From positions 1 through 41,302 of IMG/VR virus record IMGVR_UViG_3300035562_000122: a stretch of DNA of 41,302 bases. The stretch is one strand, 5' to 3'. The DNA is from a virus. Taxonomy: Duplodnaviria; Caudoviricetes. This document shows positions 15,302 to 24,835 of the stretch, piece by piece. Both the position numbers and the translations under genes were made by a program. Position 1 is the first letter of the stretch. Every line of letters begins with the position of its first letter. Under the pieces are notes generated by a model. It was given only the letters and a program-made list of their open reading frames with translations, ran no database searches and was not told where the DNA came from.

Positions 15302-15849
15302 TTACCCTTGCTGATATTAAATCCTCATGGCGTCTGATACTGCTGGTGGCCGTCATTGCGGTAGTCGCCGTGCTGTGTATCCTGCTGGCAAACAGCCGCT
15401 CTGATGTTGCTACTCTGAAGAGTGATAATGACGTTCTGCGCAATGAAAACACTTTGCAGGGGACGGTTATCGCTGCTCAGGCTTTCAACTTCAACCGGTT
15501 TAACCAGGTGGCCGAAAACGCCAGCCGACTAAATTCACTGATTGATGCCAGCTCCGATAAAACTGTTATCGAGTATCGGGAGATCCTCCGCCGTGAAAAA
15601 ACCTGTGATCTGCCTGTTCCTGCTGATGTCGCTGGTGGGCTGCTCGAATACACGAACCGTCTACGTGCCAGCTCAATGCACACCGATTCCGGGAACGCTT
15701 ACGCAGCCGGTGATAGCGCCACTACCCCCGGCAGGCTGACGTATTGCCAGGCTGTTCTCTGGATCAGGCCACTGCTGGCCGCTATCGAAAAAGCGAATAA
15801 CCAGCTGGCTGGGATACGTGAAATAGAGAAAACCAGAGCCTCGCAATAG
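15298..15849 (+). CDS. Rz: i-spanin (Rz-like)
   Basis: N-terminal TM segment and periplasmic coiled coil; follows the endolysin and contains an embedded lipoprotein frame. Confidence 0.8.
   Translation: MITLADIKSSWRLILLVAVIAVVAVLCILLANSRSDVATLKSDNDVLRNENTLQGTVIAAQAFNFNRFNQVAENASRLNSLIDASSDKTVIEYREILRREKTCDLPVPADVAGGLLEYTNRLRASSMHTDSGNAYAAGDSATTPGRLTYCQAVLWIRPLLAAIEKANNQLAGIREIEKTRASQ
15593..15739 (+). CDS. Rz1: o-spanin lipoprotein (Rz1-like), embedded in the +1 frame
   Basis: GTG start, KKPVICLFLLMSLVG|C lipobox, Pro-rich 32-aa mature peptide; GGGAG SD. Confidence 0.75.
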   Translation: MKKPVICLFLLMSLVGCSNTRTVYVPAQCTPIPGTLTQPVIAPLPPAG

Positions 15850-15861
15850 CGGGGATTTTTT
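15836..15861 (+). terminator. Intrinsic terminator after the lysis cassette
   Basis: CCTCGC-AATA-GCGGGG followed by A and a T-run. Confidence 0.6.
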
Positions 15862-16014
15862 GTATCCGCATTTCACCGCGCACCGCAGCGCATTCAAACC
15901 ACGTCGAACCATACCCTTTGAAATGAGCCTTTGAGGAAGTCAGTTAGTGCTGGCGAGCCTCGACGGGCTGATTTCCTATGCGGCAAAGGTTCATCTCAAA
16001 GAAAGGTACACGCT

Positions 16015-16539
16015 ATGAATAATCCGTCAGTTATTCCGGCCTTCGACTTCCGAGAAATGGTGCAAGCCAAAAACGGAGAGGTCGTTACCACATCCAGAAA
16101 AGTTGCCACGTACTTCGGCAAGCGACACGGCGATGTGCTCAGGAAAATCGAGCAGGTTAAGACCGATTGCTCGAGTGAGTTTAGCCAACGCAATTTTGCG
16201 TCGGCTGATTATATCGATGAGCAGGGTAAGGTTCGCCCGATGTACAACCTGACGAAAGATGGCTGGATCATGGTTGTGATGGGGTTCACCGGGAAAGCCG
16301 CTGCGGCTATCAAAGAAAGCTACATTTCAGCGTTCAACTGGATGTCTGAGCAACTTAGCCGTCGTCTTGCCATGGGCGAAGAAATGCAACACCGCTACGC
16401 CATCAAAGAAACGCGCTCAAAGCTGAAAGGCACGATCGGCAGCCGGTTGATGAATGAGCGGAAGAAAGAGAAGCGCGTTCTGGATCTCGAGCATGATCAC
16501 ATCATGCAGGTAACGCAGCCCGAGTTGCTTATTGGCTGA
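16015..16539 (+). CDS. rha: Rha-family phage regulatory protein
   Basis: TTSRKVATYFGKRHGDVLRKIE...YNLTKDGWIMVVMGFTGKAA..KESYISAFN. Confidence 0.9.
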   Translation: MNNPSVIPAFDFREMVQAKNGEVVTTSRKVATYFGKRHGDVLRKIEQVKTDCSSEFSQRNFASADYIDEQGKVRPMYNLTKDGWIMVVMGFTGKAAAAIKESYISAFNWMSEQLSRRLAMGEEMQHRYAIKETRSKLKGTIGSRLMNERKKEKRVLDLEHDHIMQVTQPELLIG

Positions 16540-16641
16540 TCGCGGCATTACAGAAGCTCTTCAATGAGGGGCTTCGATAATGTTTAACCGCTAGCGCGGA
16601 TAAGACCGAAATAACCGCTGTAGCGGATAAAGAGGCCATCA

Positions 16642-16860
16642 ATGCCCGATATTTACCAAATCACGCTAACCACCCAAACAGGCGAAACCTTCACGGGCAA
16701 GATGTCACGACGTCAGCCTGAGCTGGTTAACGGCTTTGTGCCGCTGGCGACAGAGTCGGGCGAATGGCTGTATTTCGCTCCGGCTGATGTGAAGCGCGTA
16801 CATTTCGCGCCAGTGCCCATCGAGGAAGAAACCAATGGCGACGTGCAGACTGTCAGTTGA
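16642..16860 (+). CDS. Hypothetical protein (72 aa)
   Basis: ORF with GAGG SD in the pre-terminase region. Confidence 0.65.
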   Translation: MPDIYQITLTTQTGETFTGKMSRRQPELVNGFVPLATESGEWLYFAPADVKRVHFAPVPIEEETNGDVQTVS

Positions 16861-17014
16861 AATCAAAAGCAGGTGGTGGGTGCCGGTCTACCTCAGGACG
16901 CTGACGGTGCTCTGCTTGATGACTCGGTGCGAGCCTGATTATCGAAAGGTGGCTGAGTTCATCGTTAAGTATGGCTCTAGCCAGAAGTTGAAGTATGAGC
17001 CCGTAAAGAGATAA
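16835..17014 (+). CDS. Small hypothetical protein (59 aa)
   Basis: Manual translation MATCRLSVEIKSRWWVPVYLRTLTVLCLMTRCEPDYRKVAEFIVKYGSSQKLKYEPVKR; GAGGA SD; fills the gap to the next gene. Confidence 0.55.
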   Translation: MATCRLSVEIKSRWWVPVYLRTLTVLCLMTRCEPDYRKVAEFIVKYGSSQKLKYEPVKR

Positions 17015-17025
17015 CGGAGTAACCC

Positions 17026-17664
17026 ATGTCTAACGATGACGAGCGCAGGACACATCCGCCAGTTAACTTCATCGCCTCCGATAACTGGCATCCATACACC
17101 AGGCTGATCCCCGCTCACGAAGTGCATGAATGGATAACCCGGCAAATCCTCAGCGATACCGGAAGCATCCATAACCCTGACCACGAACACCTGCTTGATG
17201 CCGATCTCTGCTTCATGTGGGCGTCAGACTCGTTCGCGAAGAAAGGACGCTATGTGCTCGGCCAGGCTGAACAGGTAATGCTGCGCGCTGGTGGATGGCA
17301 GAAAGCCAGAATGGAACAGCAGATGCATGAATGGTTCGGGCGCATCCCGAAGTTCATCATCACGCTGGCAGCCGATTACTGCTCACAATGCAGTGACCTC
17401 GAGTTCTGCGCACTGGTAGAGCATGAGCTTTACCACATCGCCCAGGCCACCGATGATTTCGGAGCGCCTAAGTTCAACAAAGAGACCGGGCAGCCAGTGC
17501 TAACACTGCGCGGACACGACGTCGAAGAATTCACTGGTGTCGTACGTCGATACGGTGCCAGCAAAGAAGTACAGGAGCTCGTTGATGCGGCCAATGCGCC
17601 AGCAGAAGTGGCTCACATCGATATAGCCAGGTCATGCGGGACGTGCATGTTGAAGCTGGCGTAA
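17026..17664 (+). CDS. Putative phage metallopeptidase
   Basis: LVEHELYH (HExxH) and HDVEEF motifs; C-terminal CGTC. Confidence 0.8.
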   Translation: MSNDDERRTHPPVNFIASDNWHPYTRLIPAHEVHEWITRQILSDTGSIHNPDHEHLLDADLCFMWASDSFAKKGRYVLGQAEQVMLRAGGWQKARMEQQMHEWFGRIPKFIITLAADYCSQCSDLEFCALVEHELYHIAQATDDFGAPKFNKETGQPVLTLRGHDVEEFTGVVRRYGASKEVQELVDAANAPAEVAHIDIARSCGTCMLKLA

Positions 17665-17695
17665 CGCTTTATTCAGATTGTCATGGAGGTAGCCT

Positions 17696-18154
17696 GTGGC
17701 AGCATTATCGACAGAGGTTAAAGCCTTCATCGTTCAATCACTCGCCTGCTACGAGACCCCGGTAAAAGTCATTGAGCTTGTAAAGGCAGAATACGGCATC
17801 GATGTCTCACGGCAGCAGGTGTCGCAATATACGCCAGGCAACGCAATGGCGGCCAAGCTGAGCCAGAAGTGGATTGACTTGTTCAACGCCACCCGTAAAC
17901 GATTCCAGAATGAGATCGCCGACATACCGATCGCGAACAAAGCGTACCGGTTACGCGTTCTCGACCGAATGGCGACCAATGCTGAAAAGATGAAGAACTA
18001 CGGCATGACCTCGCAACTTATCGAGCAGGCCGCCAAAGAAATGGGCGATGCCTACACTAATCGCCAGAAAGTCGAGCACACAAGCCCTGATGGCAGCATG
18101 ACGCCGCAGCCAACAATCATCCAGCTACTGCCTGTTGAGCCAAAGCATGAGTAA
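17696..18154 (+). CDS. Terminase small subunit (DUF2280-like)
   Basis: FIVQSLACYETP..SRQQVSQY.P, IPIANKAYRLRVL and EQAAKE; directly before TerL. Confidence 0.8.
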   Translation: MAALSTEVKAFIVQSLACYETPVKVIELVKAEYGIDVSRQQVSQYTPGNAMAAKLSQKWIDLFNATRKRFQNEIADIPIANKAYRLRVLDRMATNAEKMKNYGMTSQLIEQAAKEMGDAYTNRQKVEHTSPDGSMTPQPTIIQLLPVEPKHE

Positions 18155-19394
18155 CGCCGTTCAACTGCCTATCCCCGCGAAGCTTGCACCACTGTTCACT
18201 GCGGTGAATAAGCGTTACCGGTGTTCGCACGGTGGGCGTGGCAGCGCCAAAACTCGCACATTCGCGCTGATGACTGCAGTAAAGGCGTATCAGTCGATGA
18301 TGAACGGTGAAAGCGGCGTGGTGCTCTGCGCGCGTGAGTTCATGAACTCGCTGGAAGAGTCGAGCATGCAGGAGGTAAAGCAGGCAATCCTGTCTGTCCC
18401 GTGGTTGGCTTCCAACTTTGATATCGGCGAGAAGTACATCCGCACCATCGACAAGAGCGTTAACTACGTATTCTGTGGTCTGCGGCATAACCTCGACAGC
18501 ATCAAGTCTAAAGCGCGCATTCTACTGTGCTGGGTCGACGAGGCTGAATCAGTCAGCGAAATAGCCTGGCAGAAGCTGAGCCCGACCGTTCGTGAAGAGG
18601 GATCAGAGATTTGGGTGACGTGGAACCCGGAGCGCGACGGTAGCGCCACGGATAAGCGTTTCCGCAAAGAGGCAGGCGACGACTGCATCACCGTTGAAAT
18701 GAACTATACGGATAACCCGTGGTTCCCAGACGTGCTGGAAGGTGAGCGACAGAACGATCAGCGCCGACTTGACCCGGCAACATACGCATGGGTGTGGGAG
18801 GGTGCTTACCTCGAAAACTCTGACAAGCAGGTGCTGGCCGGTAAATACCGGATCGCTGAGTTCTCGGACCAGTTATGGAAAGAGGCCGAACGTCTGTTCT
18901 TCGGAGCTGACTTCGGTTTCGCTAAAGACCCGAACACTCTGGTGCGTTCGTTCATCCTGCACAACCGGCTGTACATCGAATACGAGGCATACGGGCAGCA
19001 GACAGAGCTCGATCACATGCCGGAGTTGTACGACACGATTCCAGGCGCGCGAGATTGGCCCATCAAGGCCGACTCTGCGCGACCTGAGACAATCAGCTAT
19101 CTCAAGCGGCAGGGCTTCAACATCTCAGCTGCCGAGAAGTGGCAGGGAAGCGTTGAGGACGGGATCGCGCATCTTCGCGGATTCGACGAAATCATTATCC
19201 ATCCCCGCTGCAAGAACGTGGCGCTGGAGGCCCGCATGTGGTCTTACAAAACGGACCGCATCACCGGTGAGGTGTTGCCGAAACTGGCCGATGGATATGA
19301 GCACTGCTGGGACGGTATTCGCTACAGCCTCGACGGACACATTAAACGTAAGGGCCAGATGGCTGGAATGATGATTCCGAAACGCCTTCGCTAA
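18147..19394 (+). CDS. Terminase large subunit, PBSX family
   Basis: Walker A HGGRGSAKT, Walker B WVDEA, TWNP, nuclease GADFG and H.WDGIRY. Confidence 0.95.
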   Translation: MSNAVQLPIPAKLAPLFTAVNKRYRCSHGGRGSAKTRTFALMTAVKAYQSMMNGESGVVLCAREFMNSLEESSMQEVKQAILSVPWLASNFDIGEKYIRTIDKSVNYVFCGLRHNLDSIKSKARILLCWVDEAESVSEIAWQKLSPTVREEGSEIWVTWNPERDGSATDKRFRKEAGDDCITVEMNYTDNPWFPDVLEGERQNDQRRLDPATYAWVWEGAYLENSDKQVLAGKYRIAEFSDQLWKEAERLFFGADFGFAKDPNTLVRSFILHNRLYIEYEAYGQQTELDHMPELYDTIPGARDWPIKADSARPETISYLKRQGFNISAAEKWQGSVEDGIAHLRGFDEIIIHPRCKNVALEARMWSYKTDRITGEVLPKLADGYEHCWDGIRYSLDGHIKRKGQMAGMMIPKRLR

Positions 19395-19409
19395 CCAAAC
19401 GGATAAACC

Positions 19410-20759
19410 ATGACTGACCAATTAACTCTCGCCGTCAACCATGCGTTGAACGATGCGCGGATGGCGCGCGCACGTATGGGGCTGATGGCGCCAACGATGG
19501 GGCTGGACAATAAGCGCCATTCCGCATGGTGCGAGTACGGATTCCCTGAGCAGGTCACCTACGAAAACCTTTACGCCCTGTACCGACGCGGCGGTATTGC
19601 CCACGGCGCCGTAGAGAAGCTGGTGGGCAAGTGCTGGCAGACTAACCCGGAAATCATAGAGGGTGACGATGCCGACGAGAGCGAAGACGAAACCACTTGG
19701 GAGAAAAAGTCCAAACAGGTATTCACCAACCGATTCTGGCGCTCATTCTCTGAGGCCGATCGCCGTCGTCTGGTGGGCCGTTATGCTGGCATCCTTCTGC
19801 ACGTCCGCGATGAAAAAGACTGGAATCTTCCGGTAACCAAAGGGCGAGGTCTTCAGAAAATATCGGTGGCGTGGGCCGGATCGCTTACGGTGAGCGAGTG
19901 GGACACTGGCCTGAACTCGAAGACGTACGGCCAGCCTAAGATGTGGCAGTACGCCGAACGGTTGCCGAATGGTTCAAGTCGCCGTGTCAACATCCACCCC
20001 GATCGCGTTTTCATCCTTGGCGATTACTCAGACGATGCTATTGGCTTCCTTGAGCCAGCATATAACGCCTTCGTGAGTCTGGAGAAGGTAGAAGGCGGGT
20101 CTGGTGAGTCATTCCTGAAGAACGCCGCTCGCCAGCTTAATGTCAATTTTGAGAAGGAAATCGACTTCAACAATCTTGCGTCTCTATATGGCGTGAGCAT
20201 TGACGAGCTGCAGGAAAAGTTTAACGACGTTGCCGGGGAAATGAACCGTGGTAACGATGTTCTGATGACAACCCAGGGGGCCACAGTCACACCGCTGGTC
20301 ACTGCTGTTGCTGATCCGTCAGCGACCTATAACGTAAACCTGCAGACCGCCGCCGCCGGAGTTGATATCCCGACGCGCATACTGGTTGGTAACCAGCAGG
20401 CTGAGCGCTCCAGCACCGAAGACCAGAAATACTTTAATGCTCGTTGTCAGTCGCGCCGAGTAGACCTCGCTTTCGAGATAGAGGACTTCTGCGACAAGCT
20501 TATCGACCTGAAGATCGTCGACTCAGTAAGCCAGAAGGCTGTTATCTGGGATGACCTGAACGAACAGACCGGCACTGAGAAGCTCACCAATGCTAAGACC
20601 ATGGGCGAGATAAACCAGACCATGCTGGGCGGCGGTGATGCCCCGGCATTCAGTCGTGAAGAGATTCGTACAGCTGCGGGTTATGACAATGACGATGAAG
20701 AGCCTTTAGGAGAAGAGGATGGCGACGAAGAAGACGAAGCCTCCAATTCTGCCGCGTAA
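19410..20759 (+). CDS. Portal protein (DUF1073-like)
   Basis: 449 aa after TerL; IHPDRVFI and IPTRILVG motifs; acidic C-terminal tail. Confidence 0.8.
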   Translation: MTDQLTLAVNHALNDARMARARMGLMAPTMGLDNKRHSAWCEYGFPEQVTYENLYALYRRGGIAHGAVEKLVGKCWQTNPEIIEGDDADESEDETTWEKKSKQVFTNRFWRSFSEADRRRLVGRYAGILLHVRDEKDWNLPVTKGRGLQKISVAWAGSLTVSEWDTGLNSKTYGQPKMWQYAERLPNGSSRRVNIHPDRVFILGDYSDDAIGFLEPAYNAFVSLEKVEGGSGESFLKNAARQLNVNFEKEIDFNNLASLYGVSIDELQEKFNDVAGEMNRGNDVLMTTQGATVTPLVTAVADPSATYNVNLQTAAAGVDIPTRILVGNQQAERSSTEDQKYFNARCQSRRVDLAFEIEDFCDKLIDLKIVDSVSQKAVIWDDLNEQTGTEKLTNAKTMGEINQTMLGGGDAPAFSREEIRTAAGYDNDDEEPLGEEDGDEEDEASNSAA

Positions 20760-21645
20760 CTATCAGGATCCGACCGGAGCCGATGCGCTGGAACGCCGGG
20801 CAATGAAAGACTTCGCCAGGCGGATGAATAAGATTGGCAAGGCGTACAAATCAGCACTCGACAAAATACCTTCCTCCCTCGCAGTAAACGCACGATACGA
20901 ATACCAGTTAAACCCAACGCTACTCTCCATCATCCTGAACGATGCCAGTTACCTGGTTGATCAGGTGCTGCTGGAAGGTGGCGATTACGACCTGTGGTTT
21001 TACGAGTACATCGATCTGGCTTCGGAGAAAGGGACCGGGCAGTCGTTCTACAACCTCAGCCAGCAGTCGCCTGTGTACGCCGCTGGTCGTGAGTCGCTGG
21101 CGTACATCCTCGCAAGCGACCCGTACCAGCAACGCATGGCGCTGGTGCATGCCCGTGTGTTTGAGGAAATGAAGGGACTGACGGCTGACGTTAAGCGCGA
21201 CATGGCGCGCGTGCTGACTGATGGCGTGGGCCGTGGTCTCAATCCGCTGGACATTGCCCGCAACCTGACGGACCAGACCGGCATCGAGAAGCGCCGGGCA
21301 AACCGTATAGCACGAACTGAAGTGACTACCGCGCTGCGCCGGGCTAAGTGGGATGAAGACCAGGAGGCGAATGACCTTTACGGCCTTAAAACCCTTCTGA
21401 TTCACATCTCGGCGCTGTCACCGACCACCCGACATACCCATGCAGTGCGTCACGCCCACCTCTACACCAATGAAGAGGTCCGTGACTGGTACAGCAAGGA
21501 TGGCAACTCCATCAACTGCAAATGCAGCCAGCAGTCGGTGCTGGTGGATGCGGACGGTAATCCGGAATACCCGGACACCATCACGAAACTCAAACAGGAA
21601 TATAAATCGATGCAGGCGCGCGGTTACGCCTGGGCGGAGAAATAA
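20719..21645 (+). CDS. Minor head protein (SPP1 gp7 / Mu F family)
   Basis: RANRIARTE, TRHTH and INCKC motifs. Confidence 0.85.
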   Translation: MATKKTKPPILPRNYQDPTGADALERRAMKDFARRMNKIGKAYKSALDKIPSSLAVNARYEYQLNPTLLSIILNDASYLVDQVLLEGGDYDLWFYEYIDLASEKGTGQSFYNLSQQSPVYAAGRESLAYILASDPYQQRMALVHARVFEEMKGLTADVKRDMARVLTDGVGRGLNPLDIARNLTDQTGIEKRRANRIARTEVTTALRRAKWDEDQEANDLYGLKTLLIHISALSPTTRHTHAVRHAHLYTNEEVRDWYSKDGNSINCKCSQQSVLVDADGNPEYPDTITKLKQEYKSMQARGYAWAEK

Positions 21646-21647
21646 CT

Positions 21648-22913
21648 ATGCCTATGCAGGTCAACATCACCACGCAGGTGAACAGCCAGTCTATCCGGCG
21701 CGAAATGTACAACGGGCGCGAGCACTTGGTACTTCCGAGCTATACGCTGCCGGCGAACGTAGTAATGAATGGCGGTCTGTACACAGCTGAAGAAATCGAC
21801 GCGCACTATCAGGGACTGGAAGGCACCCTGGCGCCTCTGGGCCATCCTCAGGTTAACGGGCAGTTTGTGTCTGCATTCTCCCCAGAGGGTATTAACGCAG
21901 GCCATATCGGCGCGTGGAACCGCAACGTTAAGAAGTCCGGTAATCGCATTTACCTCGAAAAGTGGGTTGATGTGGCCCGCGCCAGTGAGTCGGAAGGTGG
22001 TAAAGAACTGCTTGAACGCGTGGCCGCGATTGAACGAGGTGAAGACGTTCCGCCGATTCATACCAGTGTTGCCGCATTCCTTGACCAACTTGAGCCCAAC
22101 GATCAGCAGCGCGCCACAGGTGCTGAGTGGGTAGCTGATATCCACGGCATGGACCACGATGCGATCCTGCTGCACGAAGTCGGAGCCGCTACTCCGGAGC
22201 AGGGCGTTGGCCTGATGGTTAACGCCGATCTGGCTCAGCCTCTTAAGGCGAACTCGGGCGCGCTGGTGGGTGAATCCTACCGGGAGCGCGAACAGCGTCT
22301 CGATCGCGCAGCTAAAGCGAAGTTTGCGCCGGGCCAAGATGAATATGCCTGGATTGCTGACTTCACTGACTCGCAAGCGGTAATCATCCGTAACGGCGGG
22401 AATGCTGAAGTGTTTGGATATAAGTCAGAGGGCGGGGTTATCACCTTCGACGATACCGGTACCGCCGTAGCGCGCCAGGAATCGTGGGTTGCCGTCGTAG
22501 CCAACAAATTTAAAGCTCTATTCACACCGCAGGAACAGCCTGCACCAAACCACAAAACGGAGGGCGACATGCCTTTAACCAAAGAAGAACTGGAACAAAT
22601 CGGCAGCATGATCGGCCAGGCTGTTGCGACCAATACAGAAGCGGCTGTTAAGCCTCTCGCGGAAAAGGTTGATGCGCTGCAGGCCAATCAGAAGCAACTC
22701 GCGGAAACCCTGACCGCCAACTCTCGCGCAGAAGAGAAAACAAAGCGCGAAGCGGTTGCGAAGGTCCATGGCGATATCGTGGCTAACGCACTGTCAGGCG
22801 AAGCTCTCGACGCGATGTTCAAGTCGCTGGGCGAAGCCGCTCCGCTGGGCACCAACAATGCACAGCAGCACAAAGAAACCGGCGCGCCTTCTGCTGCCGA
22901 ATACTTCAAATAA
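21648..22913 (+). CDS. Probable head maturation protease/scaffold
   Basis: PLGHP, HTS and DHDAIL..GA motifs with a helical C-terminal region; lies before the capsid genes. Confidence 0.65.
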   Translation: MPMQVNITTQVNSQSIRREMYNGREHLVLPSYTLPANVVMNGGLYTAEEIDAHYQGLEGTLAPLGHPQVNGQFVSAFSPEGINAGHIGAWNRNVKKSGNRIYLEKWVDVARASESEGGKELLERVAAIERGEDVPPIHTSVAAFLDQLEPNDQQRATGAEWVADIHGMDHDAILLHEVGAATPEQGVGLMVNADLAQPLKANSGALVGESYREREQRLDRAAKAKFAPGQDEYAWIADFTDSQAVIIRNGGNAEVFGYKSEGGVITFDDTGTAVARQESWVAVVANKFKALFTPQEQPAPNHKTEGDMPLTKEELEQIGSMIGQAVATNTEAAVKPLAEKVDALQANQKQLAETLTANSRAEEKTKREAVAKVHGDIVANALSGEALDAMFKSLGEAAPLGTNNAQQHKETGAPSAAEYFK

Positions 22914-22925
22914 GGAGCAGGAATA

Positions 22926-23378
22926 ATGCCTCGTTATCGTCGCGTTAATATTGACGGTCAATCTCTGTACAAGACCGAAACCCGCACCACGGCCGCTGCA
23001 CTGCTTCCTGGCACCGCCGCAACCATCAACTCATCCGATAAATTCGCTCAGGCCACCGCGCTAACCGGTCGCCTGTACATCATCGATGTCGGTTACCACC
23101 AAGGCTTGACCATCACCGAAGAAATTCCTGCCGGTGATTCTGCCGTCGGAAACTATGTCGAAGAGGGCCGAGAGTTGGCGCTGCGCTGCCTGCCTGGCGC
23201 GTATAAGAAAGACAGCCCGATAAAACTGGGAACTGCTGGTCAGTTCACCCTGGCCACTTCCGATACTGATTCAGTGATCGGCTACAGCCAGGATGAATAC
23301 ACCATCGCGGCCAGCACCACTGACTTCATTCGCGTCCGCATGCGCGTTGGCACTGTTGCAACCGCACCTGCGCCTTAA
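22926..23378 (+). CDS. Head decoration protein (probable)
   Basis: 150-aa beta-rich Thr/Ala protein immediately upstream of the MCP. Confidence 0.6.
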   Translation: MPRYRRVNIDGQSLYKTETRTTAAALLPGTAATINSSDKFAQATALTGRLYIIDVGYHQGLTITEEIPAGDSAVGNYVEEGRELALRCLPGAYKKDSPIKLGTAGQFTLATSDTDSVIGYSQDEYTIAASTTDFIRVRMRVGTVATAPAP

Positions 23379-23393
23379 TAAGGATAAAAGAAT

Positions 23394-24470
23394 ATGTATT
23401 TCTCTAAAGAGACACTGGCAGCAAACAGCCGCCTTGGTGGTCACTGGAATGAGCTGTGGGCTAACCGCAACATCTGGAATCAGCAGCAGGCAGGGATGAT
23501 CGCCGCCAACCGCTCGGTAATGACACCAGAAATGCTTGCTTGCAATGCAGTTGGTGGATTTGCTCGTGAGTTCTGGGCTGAAATCGACAATCAGATTCTG
23601 CAAATGCGAGATCAGGAAGATGGGATGGAGATCATCAATGACCTGATGAGTGTTCAGACCATTCTGCCTGTTGGTAAAACAGCGAAGTTATATAACATGG
23701 TTGGAGACATTGCTGACGATGTTTCTGTAAGCATCGATGGTCAGGCTCCATTCTCCTTTGACCACACTGAATATACCAGCGACGGCGACCCTATTCCGGT
23801 GTTCACTGCTGGTTATGGTGTGAACTGGCGTCATGCTGCTGGTATGAATTCTGTTGGTATCGATCTGGTTCTTGATTCGCAATCAGCAAAACTGAAAAAG
23901 GTTAACAAACGCCGCGTCGCTTATTACCTTTCTGGTGATGCAAATATCCAGGTGCAGGGATACCCAGCGCAGGGTATGAAAAACCACCGTCACACGCAGA
24001 AAATCAACCTTGGATCCGGTTCTGGTGGGGCCAACATCGACCTGACCTCCGCGACACAGGCTCAGCTAATTGAGTTCTACGGTAAAGGTGCGTTTGGCAC
24101 TACCGCCAGAAAGAACAAAGTTGCTCAGTATGATATCCAGTGGGTGAGCCCTGAAATTTGGGCCAACTATGCTCAGCCATATGTTGTGAATGGTGTGATT
24201 ACTGGCACCGTATTGCAGGCTATTCTGCCATTTGCACCAGTGAAGGAGGTGCGACCAACCTTCGCGCTGTCTGGTAATGAATTCATCGCTTATCAGCGTC
24301 GTCGAGGCGTCATTTCACCACTTGTTGGTATGGCTCAGGGGGTTGTTCCTCTTCCTCGTCCGTTGCCAAACATTAACTACAACTTCCAGATTATGTCTGC
24401 TGAAGGTCTGCAAATCACTGCAGACGACCAGGGCCTGTCTGGCGTTGTCTACGGCGCTAACCTGGCGTAA
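23394..24470 (+). CDS. Major capsid protein
   Basis: 358 aa; position after protease and decoration genes; a strong terminator follows the next gene. Confidence 0.8.
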   Translation: MYFSKETLAANSRLGGHWNELWANRNIWNQQQAGMIAANRSVMTPEMLACNAVGGFAREFWAEIDNQILQMRDQEDGMEIINDLMSVQTILPVGKTAKLYNMVGDIADDVSVSIDGQAPFSFDHTEYTSDGDPIPVFTAGYGVNWRHAAGMNSVGIDLVLDSQSAKLKKVNKRRVAYYLSGDANIQVQGYPAQGMKNHRHTQKINLGSGSGGANIDLTSATQAQLIEFYGKGAFGTTARKNKVAQYDIQWVSPEIWANYAQPYVVNGVITGTVLQAILPFAPVKEVRPTFALSGNEFIAYQRRRGVISPLVGMAQGVVPLPRPLPNINYNFQIMSAEGLQITADDQGLSGVVYGANLA

Positions 24471-24479
24471 GGAAACAGC

Positions 24480-24773
24480 ATGGCTAAATACGAAGTTGTG
24501 CGCGCGTGGTTCGGCGTGAAGGTAGGGCAGGTGGTGGAGTTGAAAGAACTGCACCCGGCGCTGAAGTCTAACGTCCGTCTCATGAATGGTGATGCAGGCG
24601 GAGAACTTACCCCGTCGACGCCTGATGCCGGTACCGGTGATAAATCCCGCAGAGAGGTTATCCAGGCTCGTCTGACTGAACTGGGTATCGAGTTTAAAGG
24701 CAATCTTGGCGCTGAAAAGCTCAGTGAGCTGTTGCCTGAAGGTGAGCTCGAAAAGCTTTTCCCTGCTGAATAA
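24480..24773 (+). CDS. Small head-associated hypothetical protein
   Basis: 97-aa ORF with AAGGA SD; C-terminal LTELGIEF...KLSELL (HeH/LEM-like). Confidence 0.7.
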   Translation: MAKYEVVRAWFGVKVGQVVELKELHPALKSNVRLMNGDAGGELTPSTPDAGTGDKSRREVIQARLTELGIEFKGNLGAEKLSELLPEGELEKLFPAE

Positions 24774-24775
24774 CA

Positions 24776-24798
24776 GCCGCCGCTAAGGCGGTTTTTTT
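24776..24798 (+). terminator. Intrinsic terminator after the capsid genes
   Basis: GCCGCC-GCTAA-GGCGGT followed by a T-run. Confidence 0.8.
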
Positions 24799-24835
24799 AT
24801 GCCCCGCTCCGGCGGGGCATTTCACGGAGTCGATA

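Noticed and set aside
19410-20759. Anti-CBASS (Acb1) interpretation of the DUF1073-like protein
   Set aside because: Size and position after TerL indicate the portal; no paired HxT/S phosphoesterase motifs were recognised.
23394-24470. T-ending codon bias in the capsid gene as evidence of a foreign insert
   Set aside because: Equally explained by high-expression codon usage; no junction signatures seen.
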